Origin: Naegleria gruberi
Taxonomy: Eukaryota
Assembly: GCA_000004985.1 (NCBI GenBank)
Contig: GG738907.1
Length of the DNA: 64,000 nt
Strand: one strand, 5' to 3'
Position numbers and translations under genes: made by a program. The notes under the pieces were generated by a model that worked only from the letters and a program-made list of their open reading frames with translations, was not told where the DNA came from and did no database searches. Positions 11,701 through 21,129 of the stretch are shown here, piece by piece (the stretch's first letter is position 1; every line of letters begins with the position of its first letter).

Positions 11701-12214
11701 TATTATTGGAGGTAGTATTTGTTGATAATAATTGATCATTCATCATTATGGATGATGTATTTGATGATGCTGATGATGTATCAATAGCACTTGTTGTATT
11801 AGCAGAAGTATTTGAAGCACTATTAGTAGTATTACCACTGCTACTACTACTATTACTACTACTTGTACCACCACTCTTCTTACATGTGATTAGAATGGTA
11901 TTCTTTGATTTGGTGACTGAAGTATCTGTAGTGAGTGAATTTTCATCCAATTTAACATGAGCACAAACCATTATCTTTCTTTCAGCTTTAGGTTTAAGTG
12001 AAATTTCTTGAATTCTTTCTCTATAAATTTGTTGAGTATTTGGTAGACAAGTTGAATTGAAATGTGGATTTGAATGATCCATTGAAAGTAAAAAATCATG
12101 TAAATTTGGATCATACAATTCAAAATGAATAAAATCAACATTTTCATGATTATTATGAGAATGTTGATGATGGTGATGATGATGAAAACCATGTTGTTCA
12201 TTATTTCCAATCAC
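8789..12214 (-). CDS. giant multi-ASH/PapD-like repeat protein, segment 2
   Basis: 1141-codon ORF. The ORF-track start is a GTG, not a real start, and the frame stays open upstream. It has many repeats of the pattern I-x-F-G-x(10-14)-I/V-x-I/V-x-N-x-S (IKFGDSTIGDIKFASVTIYNRS, INFGVVALNGISLSKFQISNIS, INFGSITNVEDRKKTITISNGS, INFGNILLNQFSLSKKIVVTNMS), separated by Ser/Thr/Asn linkers and poly-His. Confidence 0.6.
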   Translation of the reverse strand: MIGNNEQHGFHHHHHHQHSHNNHENVDFIHFELYDPNLHDFLLSMDHSNPHFNSTCLPNTQQIYRERIQEISLKPKAERKIMVCAHVKLDENSLTTDTSVTKSKNTILITCKKSGGTSSSNSSSSSGNTTNSASNTSANTTSAIDTSSASSNTSSIMMNDQLLSTNTTSNNNNNSSNTMNVVASIKAIAHTCTSIIEVSPSNIKFGDSTIGDIKFASVTIYNRSDLATRISVQFTSKVITCKTKSAIISPHKFIRITFRLSPRRVNPNYRKQITIVNESNKLNEQIIEVESNNIDRNMLNFHCKYYDVHTTSQHNFAKSINFGVVALNGISLSKFQISNISDEPITLKFKSSSPNEISTFKVKRTTTITNQDYSSGGGGGGSQSDHYNLISSNVHQHHHFDEDDTISPHSSTTTTNNRQFTDDSSMNESEQQFKSTPPPLHKRRKKKVKQIVTSNLQRVSSQSNLTPLSSLSTITTTSNNSASTNNTGVSSVLTPKSPYLKKLKDESSNTLKRSTSMDDKFISQLNDPTNLEYLQSIMTQPNVSKLNIHHFEGIDELKTPLSIYDSDETSDGSDDNLMIDDSEYSSVTDELFTEQVNPQEYCDQLVSTYEKIQESLFDTTQNVDEEMIIRDELEFKKKLSNSIDDLKFLIPCDTISIGPTSSTEIYITYRPKSTNSKFTSINLNNSSPLSLYSDFSFNNISTNTTTSISSTTTTGSSNINTNNTNNNNTNSMNAIKKNFEKLFIELIDYDTNNEQTDFTLPPRELTIQSKICQSMMEIAQKNINFGSITNVEDRKKTITISNGSEVPLLFRIKRSGSIASNDIKILDMLDDSLNLSWCGLVRPYGSRDIQLYFKPSLPGVFNETLTFENVLDESDSINIIVKADIRNYEKFTLKSNDINFGNILLNQFSLSKKIVVTNMSKNRRIFETQIDYCSFSFCKFEFEYELEQVSQSTEIEKLEAELEKLEHKYRICVRKNKSSKIKKLTERINEIKKELNFDDYTPTIATTITGNSTTNNIEDSLFVSESDDEGKKQRKFKKIEENGIRFSIPPRMSQVINLKIKPLLIETPNIAFENGICRMLVYENRNTDEQKMVTLSSIVHFDIKSFQNFTQNSGSSSSTGSNVSTPLTPLYSSSYYYHWYY

Positions 12215-12236
12215 TGTACTTGTATTACTACTACCA

Positions 12237-13496
12237 CTACCAATTGTTATTGTTATTACTACTATTACTACTATTATTATTATTACTATTATTATTATTA
12301 GAATTATTAGAATTACTAGTCAATCCAAAAAAAACATCAAAAGTATCAGTACTACTTTGATTTCTTAAAGTAATTAATTTAAAAGAAGTTTGACCTTTAA
12401 AAAATTCACCAAAATCTAATTTTGAAATTGTTTGTTTACCAAATTCATCTAAAATTAAAATATTTCTAATTGTATTTAAACCAATTAATTGATTATTTTC
12501 AAATTCAGTTGAAAAAACAATTGATTTAATAATTAAATTTGATAAAATTTCATTATTAAATTGTAAATTAACATTTAAATTAATTTCACCAATAATTTTA
12601 GGTATAAAAATAACGTTAACTCTCATTGAAGAATGTGCCATAATTAAATTATCCATTTTTAATATTTTACCTGTTTCATATTCTGTAAATGTTAAATCTG
12701 CAATAAAATTTTCATTTTCTTGTAAAATTTCTTTAATTGGATTTGAACTTGATCTATTTCTATTTATATTTGAAATTGAATTTTTAATATTTACATTTGA
12801 ATTTGAAATTAAATTAAAATAAACATTTTCTTCTGAAGTATTATAAATTGTAAATTCTTTAACATATTTACGATTAATTATTGAACTTCCAATTTCAATT
12901 TCATTTTCATCAATTTTAATTTTAGATTCATTTAATTGTATTATAAATGGTAATTTAATTTTATCAAAATTTTGTAATGTTATTAAATCTAATATAATAT
13001 TTCCATTTAAAGAATGTAATAAATTATTTTCATTTTTAGTTGATTTTAAATTAATTTTAAATATATTATTTTTATATTTTTTAATTGTTAATTGTTGTAA
13101 ATTATATAATGTATTAAATAATTGATTAGAAAATTCATCATTTTCAAATGTTTGAAATGAAATTAAAGTTTGTTGACTTGATAATCTAATTACTAAATCA
13201 TTTGATGTATGATTTTCAATTTTTATAATTTTAGATGAATTTTCTCTTGAATTTTTAAATATGATCGGATCATTAATAATTGTTGTATTTAAATTTAAAT
13301 TTAATTTTACAATTATTCTTTCTTCTATTGTTGTGTTATTATTATTATTAACAGATTGAATGACTTCCTTGATGAGAATATATTCTTCAGTGTCGTCATC
13401 TAATTGTTGTTGTTGCTCCGTATTGTCCATTGTCGTCATCACAGTCATAATATTATTATTACTAGTGGACAAGGACGAAGGAGATGTGGAGGACAT
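12237..13496 (-). CDS. giant multi-ASH/PapD-like repeat protein, N-terminal segment carrying the start codon
   Basis: ATG at 13496-13494 in aaaaaaaaATG context. 419 codons with an ASH-like repeat (LDFGEFFKGQTSFKLITLRNQSS). It ends in a poly-Asn tract whose stop overlaps the next ORF in another frame. Confidence 0.6.
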   Translation of the reverse strand: MSSTSPSSLSTSNNNIMTVMTTMDNTEQQQQLDDDTEEYILIKEVIQSVNNNNNTTIEERIIVKLNLNLNTTIINDPIIFKNSRENSSKIIKIENHTSNDLVIRLSSQQTLISFQTFENDEFSNQLFNTLYNLQQLTIKKYKNNIFKINLKSTKNENNLLHSLNGNIILDLITLQNFDKIKLPFIIQLNESKIKIDENEIEIGSSIINRKYVKEFTIYNTSEENVYFNLISNSNVNIKNSISNINRNRSSSNPIKEILQENENFIADLTFTEYETGKILKMDNLIMAHSSMRVNVIFIPKIIGEINLNVNLQFNNEILSNLIIKSIVFSTEFENNQLIGLNTIRNILILDEFGKQTISKLDFGEFFKGQTSFKLITLRNQSSTDTFDVFFGLTSNSNNSNNNNSNNNNSSNSSNNNNNW

Positions 13497-13830
13497 TTTT
13501 TTTTAATTTTAGGCTAGATGATAATATTATCATGTCATTCTGCAGTTTTGAACAAGTAAGGCACTAAACAGCAATCCAAACCTATTCAATTACTTTTCAA
13601 CAACAAAAAGATGCCGTCAGAAGCTAGTTTATACATCAATTGAACATCAGCCGAAAGGTGATGAATATTAAATAGGTTTTCATCATTGGCAAAGCAACAC
13701 TCTTTTATTAATGAGAAGGAGACAATTGTCGAGCATAAAAATGAACATCCAAGTAGAAAATTCAAGTAAAAATATTTCAAAGGCTTGAATTATGGTTTTA
13801 ATAAAAATAAAAGAAAATCCAATTCAGGAT

Positions 13831-14109
13831 TTATTCAACGCTTCTTACAGGTCTCTTATTATAATAGTCTAATAAAGTTTCATCATTTGATAATCTTTCT
13901 TCTAAATATTCTTTGAGTGTTTTAGCCTTTTCAGCTTGTCCACCAAACTTTTTCAAAATAGTGCTATCATCAAAGTTCTTTCTCAATTCACTTAACATAT
14001 CACTTTCATAAACAAATGAAATCTTTTCAGTTGTCTTTTCATCAAGGAACAATTTAGCTACTGCCCAAGCAGTTGAGAATAACCATGGTGCACGCATTAA
14101 TGTTGCCAA
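13831..14109 (-). CDS. Sec14-like (CRAL-TRIO) protein, exon 4 (C-terminal)
   Basis: Encodes LATLMRAPWLFSTAWAVAKLFLDEKTTEKISFV, the typical CRAL-TRIO C-terminal helix, up to the stop. The acceptor is ..attatag after a 42-nt intron. The ORF-track M here is really a TTG Leu codon. Confidence 0.75.
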   Translation of the reverse strand: MATLMRAPWLFSTAWAVAKLFLDEKTTEKISFVYESDMLSELRKNFDDSTILKKFGGQAEKAKTLKEYLEERLSNDETLLDYYNKRPVRSVE

Positions 14110-14151
14110 CTATAATTATTATTAATATTTAAATTTTGTAAATAAATTTAC

Positions 14152-14336
14152 CTTCAATCTTTCAGGGAAATAATTTTGACAAGTTCCAAGAATTGATTTA
14201 TCCAATTTAGTATCTACACATGATAATGACCATCCTTTATAATCAATAACAACAACAAATTTTTCTAACTTTCCACCAGTTTGTAATCTTAATTCATGGA
14301 ATGCAACTTCTAATACAAATCCAACAAGTTCTTCAA
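14152..14336 (-). CDS. Sec14-like (CRAL-TRIO) protein, exon 3
   Basis: Encodes EELVGFVLEVAFHELRLQTGGKLEKFVVVIDYKGWSLSCVDTKLDKSILGTCQNYFPERLK, the CRAL-TRIO lipid-binding core (ID-KG-S, NYPERL motifs). It is bounded by a 47-nt intron upstream and a GTAAAT donor downstream. Confidence 0.7.
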
Positions 14337-14383
14337 CTATTTTATAATATATTCAAATGATAATAGTATAATATAATACATAC

Positions 14384-14449
14384 TCAATTCATATGGCTGT
14401 AAAGTTCCTGGTACAAAGTTTGAAATTGCTAAACATAAACATGGACATC
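14384..14449 (-). CDS. Sec14-like (CRAL-TRIO) protein, exon 2
   Basis: 66-nt exon after the acceptor ..aataatag. It encodes GCPCLCLAISNFVPGTLQPYEL (compare SEC14L DRDGCPVWYDIIG) and is in phase with exon 1. Its donor is GTATGT. Confidence 0.55.
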
Positions 14450-14662
14450 CTATTATTCATAATAACAACAACAAGTATTATTAAAAACCATGATCATAGC
14501 GTCATAATGATCATCATTTTAAAATTCAATGATACCATTCGGAATAGTACAACACCAACACCAATAGTAGTAGTAATATTAGTAATAGTAGAATGATATT
14601 ATATAGTTAATATATTGAATAATAGGAATTATCAACAAACCTTCTTTATCAGAACCCATAAA

Positions 14663-14892
14663 NNNNNNNNNNNNNNNNNNNNNNNNNNNNNNNNNNNNNN
14701 NNNNNNNNNNNNNNNNNNNNNNNNNNNNNNNNNNNNNNNNNNNNNNNNNNNNNNNNNNNNNNNNNNNNNNNNNNNNNNNNNNNNNNNNNNNNNNNNNNNN
14801 NNNNNNNNNNNNNNNNNNNNNNNNNNNNNNNNNNNNNNNNNNNNNNNNNNNNNNNNNNNNNNNNNNNNNNNNNNNNNNNNNNNNNNNNNNNN
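14663..14892. other. assembly gap (N-run) inside intron 1 of the Sec14-like gene
   Basis: 230 N characters. The sequence on the two sides is near-identical (see findings). Confidence 0.95.
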
Positions 14893-14976
14893 GGAATAGT
14901 AGTACAACCAACACCAATATTAGTAGTAGAATGAATGATATTATTATATAGTTAATATATGNAATAATAGGAATTA

Positions 14977-15322
14977 TCAACAAACCTTCTTTATCAGAAC
15001 CCATAAAACATAAAAATTCTTCAAGTTTAGGAAATAATTCAACAAATCTAGTTAATTTTGATTGATCTAAATTCATTCTTTGTCTCCATCTAATTAATTC
15101 AATAATACCACTGATAGTCTTATCAACATTTCCACTGTAGGCTCTCAACCATCTAACATAAAAAACATCATCATTAACTTCAGATCTTTGCATAAAATCA
15201 TTTAATTTTGGTAAAAGATCAGCAATATCTGGATATTTAGAAGAAAGATTAGCAATGGTAAGCTTATTCTTTACTTCAACAATCAATTTTTGTTCTTCCG
15301 ATGTAAAGACGAGAGCATTCAT
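14977..15322 (-). CDS. Sec14-like (CRAL-TRIO) lipid-transfer protein, exon 1
   Basis: ATG at 15322. Encodes the CRAL-TRIO N-terminal helical region (FYVRWLRAYSGNVDKT...IRWRQ) through FMGSDKEG. A GTTTGT donor at 14976 follows a split codon. Confidence 0.7.
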
Positions 15323-15544
15323 TTTTTGATCTTTTTTTGTGTGCTTCTAAAGAGATACAATAAGATTCCGAGTACTGCGATTTAGAAGGCTTCATTAAAC
15401 TGTTGGTGTCGTCATTGGAGGACAAGAAACTTTGTAATGGTAAGGAATAATTCAAAGTAGAATCAGAATTCATAGAACTCTAGAATAATCTTAATTCCTA
15501 TTAGAAAGTGTGTTGATTATTAAGGAGTCTCATTTTTTAATATT

Positions 15545-18382
15545 ATGTATTTCAACCCTCATATTAAATACGCCTATACTAATAGATATTTAAAATTAAA
15601 TAAAAAAATTCAAATGATTTCGGAGCAAACAACATCTCAAACAGAGGAACAATCATTGGGTTCTTCTTCATCATCAATAACAAGTACTACCACTACTACT
15701 GCTACTACTAGAACATATGATGTAGAAATGGAAAGGATGAGAAGAGATTATTTTAATCATGATGAAAGTATTGTACATTTAGATCATGCAGGTAGTACAT
15801 TAACAAGTAGTAAATGTTTAAAGAAAGCCTTTGAACAATTATTTTTCCCTAATAATAATGATAATAATAATGAGGATGAAACGAATGAAACAAATGATAA
15901 TGATGATACATTAATTAATAATAATAATAATAATAATAATACAATGAAGTATGATCATAGTAATATGATGATATTATCAAATCCACATAGTGATGGATCA
16001 TATTCATCTAGACAAACAAATTTAATAATAACAAAAGCAAGAGAATTAATTTTAAATATATTTAATACAAGTTTAAAAGATTATGATTTAGTATTTACAT
16101 TTAATGCATCTCATTCTATGAAAATTATAAGTGATTGTTTTCCATCAAATGAAAATCATTCAATTGTTGGTTATTTAAATAATTCTCATAATTCTTTAAT
16201 TGGAAGTTTAAGATCAATTCCATCAAAACAATGTCTAGTTTGGAATAATTTAAATGATTACCAATTTTATTTAAAAAATAATTATTTAAATGATAATAAT
16301 ATAAATGATAATAATTTAAATGATAATTCAAATAATACAAATAATTTAAGTTATAAACATTTAATTGGAATATCAGGTGAATGTAATAGTACAGGTAGTA
16401 AAATTGAAGATTTTTCAATATTTAATGAAATTTATAAAAATTATCCAAATATATATACAATATTAGATACATCAAAATATTCAAGTACAAATGTATCAAT
16501 TGATTTATCTAAATATAAACCTGATTTTATAGTAGCAAGTTTATATAAATGGTTTGGATATCCAACTGGATTAGGAATTTTATTAATTCGTAAAATTAGA
16601 ATTTCAAAAATTAATTTTCAACCAAGAAATAATTATTTTGCAGGTGGAAATGTTCAAGTTAATACTTCAACTGAACCTTTTTTTATGAAATATAGAAATG
16701 ATTCATTTCATTCTTTTTTAGAATTTGGTACTATTCCTTTTATAACTATATGTGAAATGTTTTATTATTTTAAACAAGTACAATTAATGTATTCTTTAAT
16801 TTTTAATAATAATAATAATAATTTAAATAATAATTTAAATAATAATAATAATATAAATAATAATAATAATAATTTAAATAATAATATAAATAATAATTTA
16901 AATAAAATAGAAAATAATTTATTAAATTTTAGAGAAATATTTAAAATAATAGAAGAACATACAAAAATATTACAAGAATATTGTATAAATGAATTATTAA
17001 AATTAAAACATTATAATAATAAATTATTATGTAAAATTTATAATTTAAAAAATAAATCAAGTATAATTAATTTAAATTTTTATACAAGTAAAGAATTAAT
17101 GATTGGATATTCACAAATACAAGAATTATGTTCATTAAATAAATTTAATATTAGAAGTGGATGTTTTTGTGTACCTGGTTCATGTCAAGAACTTTTTAAT
17201 TTAAAATTCATTGATTTAATTAATAATTTTGAAAATGGTAAAATATGTTGGAATAATTCAATGGATATTATACCTGGTTCTAAAAATATACCAACTGGTA
17301 GTGTTAGAATATCTTTTGGTTATTCTTCTATTAAAAATGATATTGATAAATTTATTCATTTTATTAAATTAAATTTAATTGATAATAATTTTAAAAAAAT
17401 TAATTATAATTTAAAATCTGATAATATTAAATTATCTCATTTTTATATTTATCCTTTTAAAAGTTGTGCTCCTTTTAAAATTTTTAATAATAATAATTTA
17501 AATAATTTAAATGATTTAAATAATAATAATATAATTAAAACATGGGAATTAATTTCTAATAGTGGAGCATATTTAGATAGAGAATGGGCTATTTTAGATG
17601 AAAATGATTCAATTTTAAATTTAAAAAAATGTACAAAACTAGCTAAAATATTTCCAATTATAGATATGAATAATAGAATTGTAATTTTAAAATTAAATGA
17701 TAATGATAATAATAATTATGAAACTATTGAATTTAAAATAGATGAATATCCAATACAATCACTTGAAAATAAAATATGTGGAAGAGAACATGATTCACTT
17801 GTTTATGGAAATGATGTTAATGAAAAACTTTCTAATTTTTTAGGAATTTCAGTTAAAGTTATAAGAAGAAAACCTTTTAATAATAATAATATTAATATTA
17901 ATAATAATTTAAATAATTCAAATAATTCTAAAAATATTGAATTAAATAATTTAAATAATTGTAAAAATCAATCATCATATTCAAATGAAGGTAATAAGGG
18001 ATTATTTTTAGTATTAAATAAATCATCATTAATAGATTTAAATAAAAGATTAGGATTGAATGATATAACAAATATAGAATGGTTAATAGATAGAATGAGA
18101 CCAAATATAGTAATTGAAGGATTAGAAGAATATGAAGAAGATGAAATTAAATCTATTTATATTAATAATATTCCCTTTCAAATTAATTCACAATGTTCAC
18201 GTTGTACAATGATTTGTATAAATCCAAATACTTTAATACAAGAAGAAGAACCTTTAAGAACTTTATATTCTTATAGAAGATTTGGAAATGGTGTTTTATT
18301 TGGTGTTTATGCTAGTCCATTCACCACCACAAATCAATATTCAATTCAATTAAATTTTAATAATACTAATAATAATGAATAA
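15545..18382 (+). CDS. mocos: molybdenum cofactor sulfurase (MOCOS/ABA3/HxB family)
   Basis: Continuous 945-codon ORF. The N-terminus has a NifS-like class-V aminotransferase signature (VHLDHAGSTL, LYKWFGYPTGLGILLIRK). The C-terminus has a MOSC domain with an SQCSRCTMICINPNT cysteine motif. An alternative start, ATG 15614 (MISEQ...), is possible. There are Asn-rich Dictyostelium-type insertions. Confidence 0.85.
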   Translation: MYFNPHIKYAYTNRYLKLNKKIQMISEQTTSQTEEQSLGSSSSSITSTTTTTATTRTYDVEMERMRRDYFNHDESIVHLDHAGSTLTSSKCLKKAFEQLFFPNNNDNNNEDETNETNDNDDTLINNNNNNNNTMKYDHSNMMILSNPHSDGSYSSRQTNLIITKARELILNIFNTSLKDYDLVFTFNASHSMKIISDCFPSNENHSIVGYLNNSHNSLIGSLRSIPSKQCLVWNNLNDYQFYLKNNYLNDNNINDNNLNDNSNNTNNLSYKHLIGISGECNSTGSKIEDFSIFNEIYKNYPNIYTILDTSKYSSTNVSIDLSKYKPDFIVASLYKWFGYPTGLGILLIRKIRISKINFQPRNNYFAGGNVQVNTSTEPFFMKYRNDSFHSFLEFGTIPFITICEMFYYFKQVQLMYSLIFNNNNNNLNNNLNNNNNINNNNNNLNNNINNNLNKIENNLLNFREIFKIIEEHTKILQEYCINELLKLKHYNNKLLCKIYNLKNKSSIINLNFYTSKELMIGYSQIQELCSLNKFNIRSGCFCVPGSCQELFNLKFIDLINNFENGKICWNNSMDIIPGSKNIPTGSVRISFGYSSIKNDIDKFIHFIKLNLIDNNFKKINYNLKSDNIKLSHFYIYPFKSCAPFKIFNNNNLNNLNDLNNNNIIKTWELISNSGAYLDREWAILDENDSILNLKKCTKLAKIFPIIDMNNRIVILKLNDNDNNNYETIEFKIDEYPIQSLENKICGREHDSLVYGNDVNEKLSNFLGISVKVIRRKPFNNNNININNNLNNSNNSKNIELNNLNNCKNQSSYSNEGNKGLFLVLNKSSLIDLNKRLGLNDITNIEWLIDRMRPNIVIEGLEEYEEDEIKSIYINNIPFQINSQCSRCTMICINPNTLIQEEEPLRTLYSYRRFGNGVLFGVYASPFTTTNQYSIQLNFNNTNNNE

Positions 18383-18564
18383 ATACTTTCTATTAACTAG
18401 TTTTTTCAAAAAGAAAACACTTTTCTGAAACACTTGAAACAACACCCTTATTCCATATCGTAAATTTTCAAAGCCTTTCTTTAAAAAAATACCCTCAACA
18501 ACTTTGTAACAATAATTTAGCCAACAACAACAACTTACCTTCTTGAACAACAATTCATAGAAGA

Positions 18565-19284
18565 ATGGATGTTGATAATTTCATTGATAATAGTCCTCTA
18601 ATGTCAATTGCATCTAGTCCTACATTAAAACTTATATCAGAAAATGATGATAATGAAAGAGAGGAGGAAGAATTTAATAATCTAGACCGCAATGACAATA
18701 CTTATTTAAATGTTGATGAAAATAGTATCATTGAAAGTTGTAATGCAAGTACATGTGGGGATGAATATAAGGAAGAAGAAGAAGAAACCATAGTTGAGGA
18801 AGAAGAAATACAATCGGATGATGATGATGGCGCTGGTTCACCTACTACAAGTACTAAAGGAGATATTCTTAATCAATTATTATCCGCACCAATTTCAAAT
18901 TCTTCTTTTAAGCATATAAGATTAAATCCTCAAGATTTACATTTTAATAGTAGATTATCACCCAATCATTTATATCCTCAATCATCTTCTTCATCATCAA
19001 ATACAACAAGTCCAAATAACAAATTAATTGTACTTGCTAATAATAATAAGCATAATTCTCAATCATCAACACCAATGTCATTTATGAAATCAAGTTCAAT
19101 ATATTCAAAACCAACATCAAATGCAACTTCAAGAGCAAAAAGATCTTCATCACTCTCAACTCCAACTCAATTAAATAATCATCAATTATTAGATAAACAT
19201 TCACCTCCACCTCATCATCCTCATTCTATGAATATGAATAATACAATGAATAATTCAAATAATTCATATAATAATAATAATTAA
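18565..19284 (+). CDS. acidic and Ser/Asn-rich disordered protein, or the 5' part of the next gene
   Basis: ATG-initiated 239-codon ORF. It ends TAA TAA only 8 nt before the next ATG, which is in a different frame. Confidence 0.4.
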   Translation: MDVDNFIDNSPLMSIASSPTLKLISENDDNEREEEEFNNLDRNDNTYLNVDENSIIESCNASTCGDEYKEEEEETIVEEEEIQSDDDDGAGSPTTSTKGDILNQLLSAPISNSSFKHIRLNPQDLHFNSRLSPNHLYPQSSSSSSNTTSPNNKLIVLANNNKHNSQSSTPMSFMKSSSIYSKPTSNATSRAKRSSSLSTPTQLNNHQLLDKHSPPPHHPHSMNMNNTMNNSNNSYNNNN

Positions 19285-19292
19285 TAAATAAC

Positions 19293-21050
19293 ATGAGTAA
19301 TAATGTAAATTCAAATACTTCTGGAACATCAACACCTACTATATTAATATCCAAATCTAAAAAAGTAAATAATACAATGACAACAATGATGACAGAGAAT
19401 ACAATATTTTCATCAAAATATTTTGTTAGAAATTGGGATACAACACCACAACATGTAACAAGAATGAAACAATTATTTGAATTATATGATCATTTTATTA
19501 ATTTACCATATAAAGATTTGGAATTAAAATTAAAAAGTGATTTATTATTAATATATAATAGAATACTTGGATATTTTCAATTAAATTATTTACATATGAA
19601 AGATTTAGCAATACAAATTAAATGTATTGGATTATTTATTCAAGGTTATAAACCATTACTTGAATTTATTGAAATTGGTGGAACTCAAATTTTATTAGAA
19701 GTTCTTGGATTTCATTATTATAAGAATGAAAATGAAGATAAAAAAGAAGCTTTATTACTTTTAACAAATATTGCTAATAATGGTAGAAAATATAAAGAAG
19801 TTATTTGTTTTGATAATGGTTTAGATTTATTAAGAAATTCAATCATTTATATTCCATCTATAGATATTAATTTAATTGCAAAGAATTTTATTGTTTCAAT
19901 TTATCAAGGAAATCCAAAACATTCAAATGATATTTTAGAATTATTATTTGATATATTTAGAAATCATTCATCTCCAAATAATTGGAAAACCATAAGTGCA
20001 CATTTAAGTTCAAATAATACTCCAAGAAGAAATTCAACTATTAATTTATTAGATAATAATTCACAACAGCAACAACAAACTCAACAACAAGAAATGAATG
20101 CATTTTCATCACCACGTTCAATATTTAATTCACCTAGAGTATTTGGTAATTTTTTAATGTCTCCAAGAACACCAAATGTTGCACACATTACTAATACCAC
20201 TACTAATTCAACTACTGCAACTTCTAAAAATGTAATTCAATCACCCTCCTCTTCAATTTCATTTCAACCAGGTTTAACAACACCTAAAAATGAAGCCACT
20301 CCAAAACAACAATCACTTCCATTCACAAAATTTACATTCCTTAATGTTGTTGAAACTGCTAGAAATCAATTAGCATCAGCTGAAGAATTTAGAAAATCAT
20401 TCGATCCTTCAAATACAAATAATAATATGAACAATAGTAATAATACAAATACAAATAATACAAATAATACAAATACAAATGACAATGCAAATTCAATTGA
20501 ATTATCAACACAATCAATATTATTAATATATTCAATGATAAAAGAAATATCCAAATCTATTAAAATTGAACAAATGAGAGAAACAAGAGTATTAGATATA
20601 ATATTTATGAATTTATCAGATGAAGATATTAGAGTAGTAAGAGAAAGTGTTGAAATGGTTAAAATAGCAATGCAATATCCAGATGAAAATGAAATATTTT
20701 CAGAAATGTTAATACATAGATCAATACAAGGATTATCAATGATTGTAATTGTTTTAGGAAAGAGAAGATTTAAAACTATTTTAAAACAATTTTTTAAAAA
20801 TTCAAATTATTTAAATAATTCAAAAGAAGAAATTAATTATTCAAAGAATTTTTTAAATTTAATATTTGGAGCATGTTCAATTATGAATTTAATTTTAGAA
20901 AATGCAATTGAACATGTTAATATTTGTAAAATAATGTTTGAAAGTAATATTATATTAACTTTAATAGAAAGTATTTTAATTATTAAAGAAAAATATGGTG
21001 ATACACATTATTGTGTTGATACATCAAAAGAAATGACACAATTGTTAAGG
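19293..21050 (+). CDS. ARM/HEAT-like helical-repeat protein, exon 1
   Basis: ORF with an alpha-helical repeat-like core (LLEVLGFHYYKNENEDKKEALLLLTNIANNG). It ends at AGG|GTAATT, a canonical donor at 21051. Confidence 0.6.
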
Positions 21051-21129
21051 GTAATTTATTAATTTTTATAATTTTTATATTTAATAATTTTAATTTAATT
21101 TTTATATTTTTAATTAATTTTTAAAAAAG

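Noticed and set aside
13586-13780. Small ORFs in short intergenic spacers (13586..13780, 15276..15473, 18350..18553, 21136 upstream region, 26783..26971, 28406..28600, 28903..29088, 40953..41135, 42082..42749, 46085..46291, 58535..58804, 61421..61609, 62945..63522 and others)
   Set aside because: They are 60-140 codons with no start context, no motifs, and often overlap better-supported genes or lie in repeat or UTR sequence.
14615-15322. ORF-track entries containing runs of X (14579..15322 as a single ORF, 14615..14899, 14632..14907, 25694..26014, 25719..25994, 33896..34402, 33918..34148, 33923..34117)
   Set aside because: These are translations through N-gaps. Only the flanking real sequence was used. 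The 14579..15322 ORF reads through an intron and the duplicated gap flank.
15545-15613. N-terminal 23 codons of the MOCOS ORF (MYFNPHIKYAYTNRYLKLNKKIQ) as certain coding sequence
   Set aside because: Both ATG 15545 and ATG 15614 are possible starts. Neither has a strong A-run. The conserved NifS-like domain begins well downstream, so the first segment is kept only as part of the maximal ORF.
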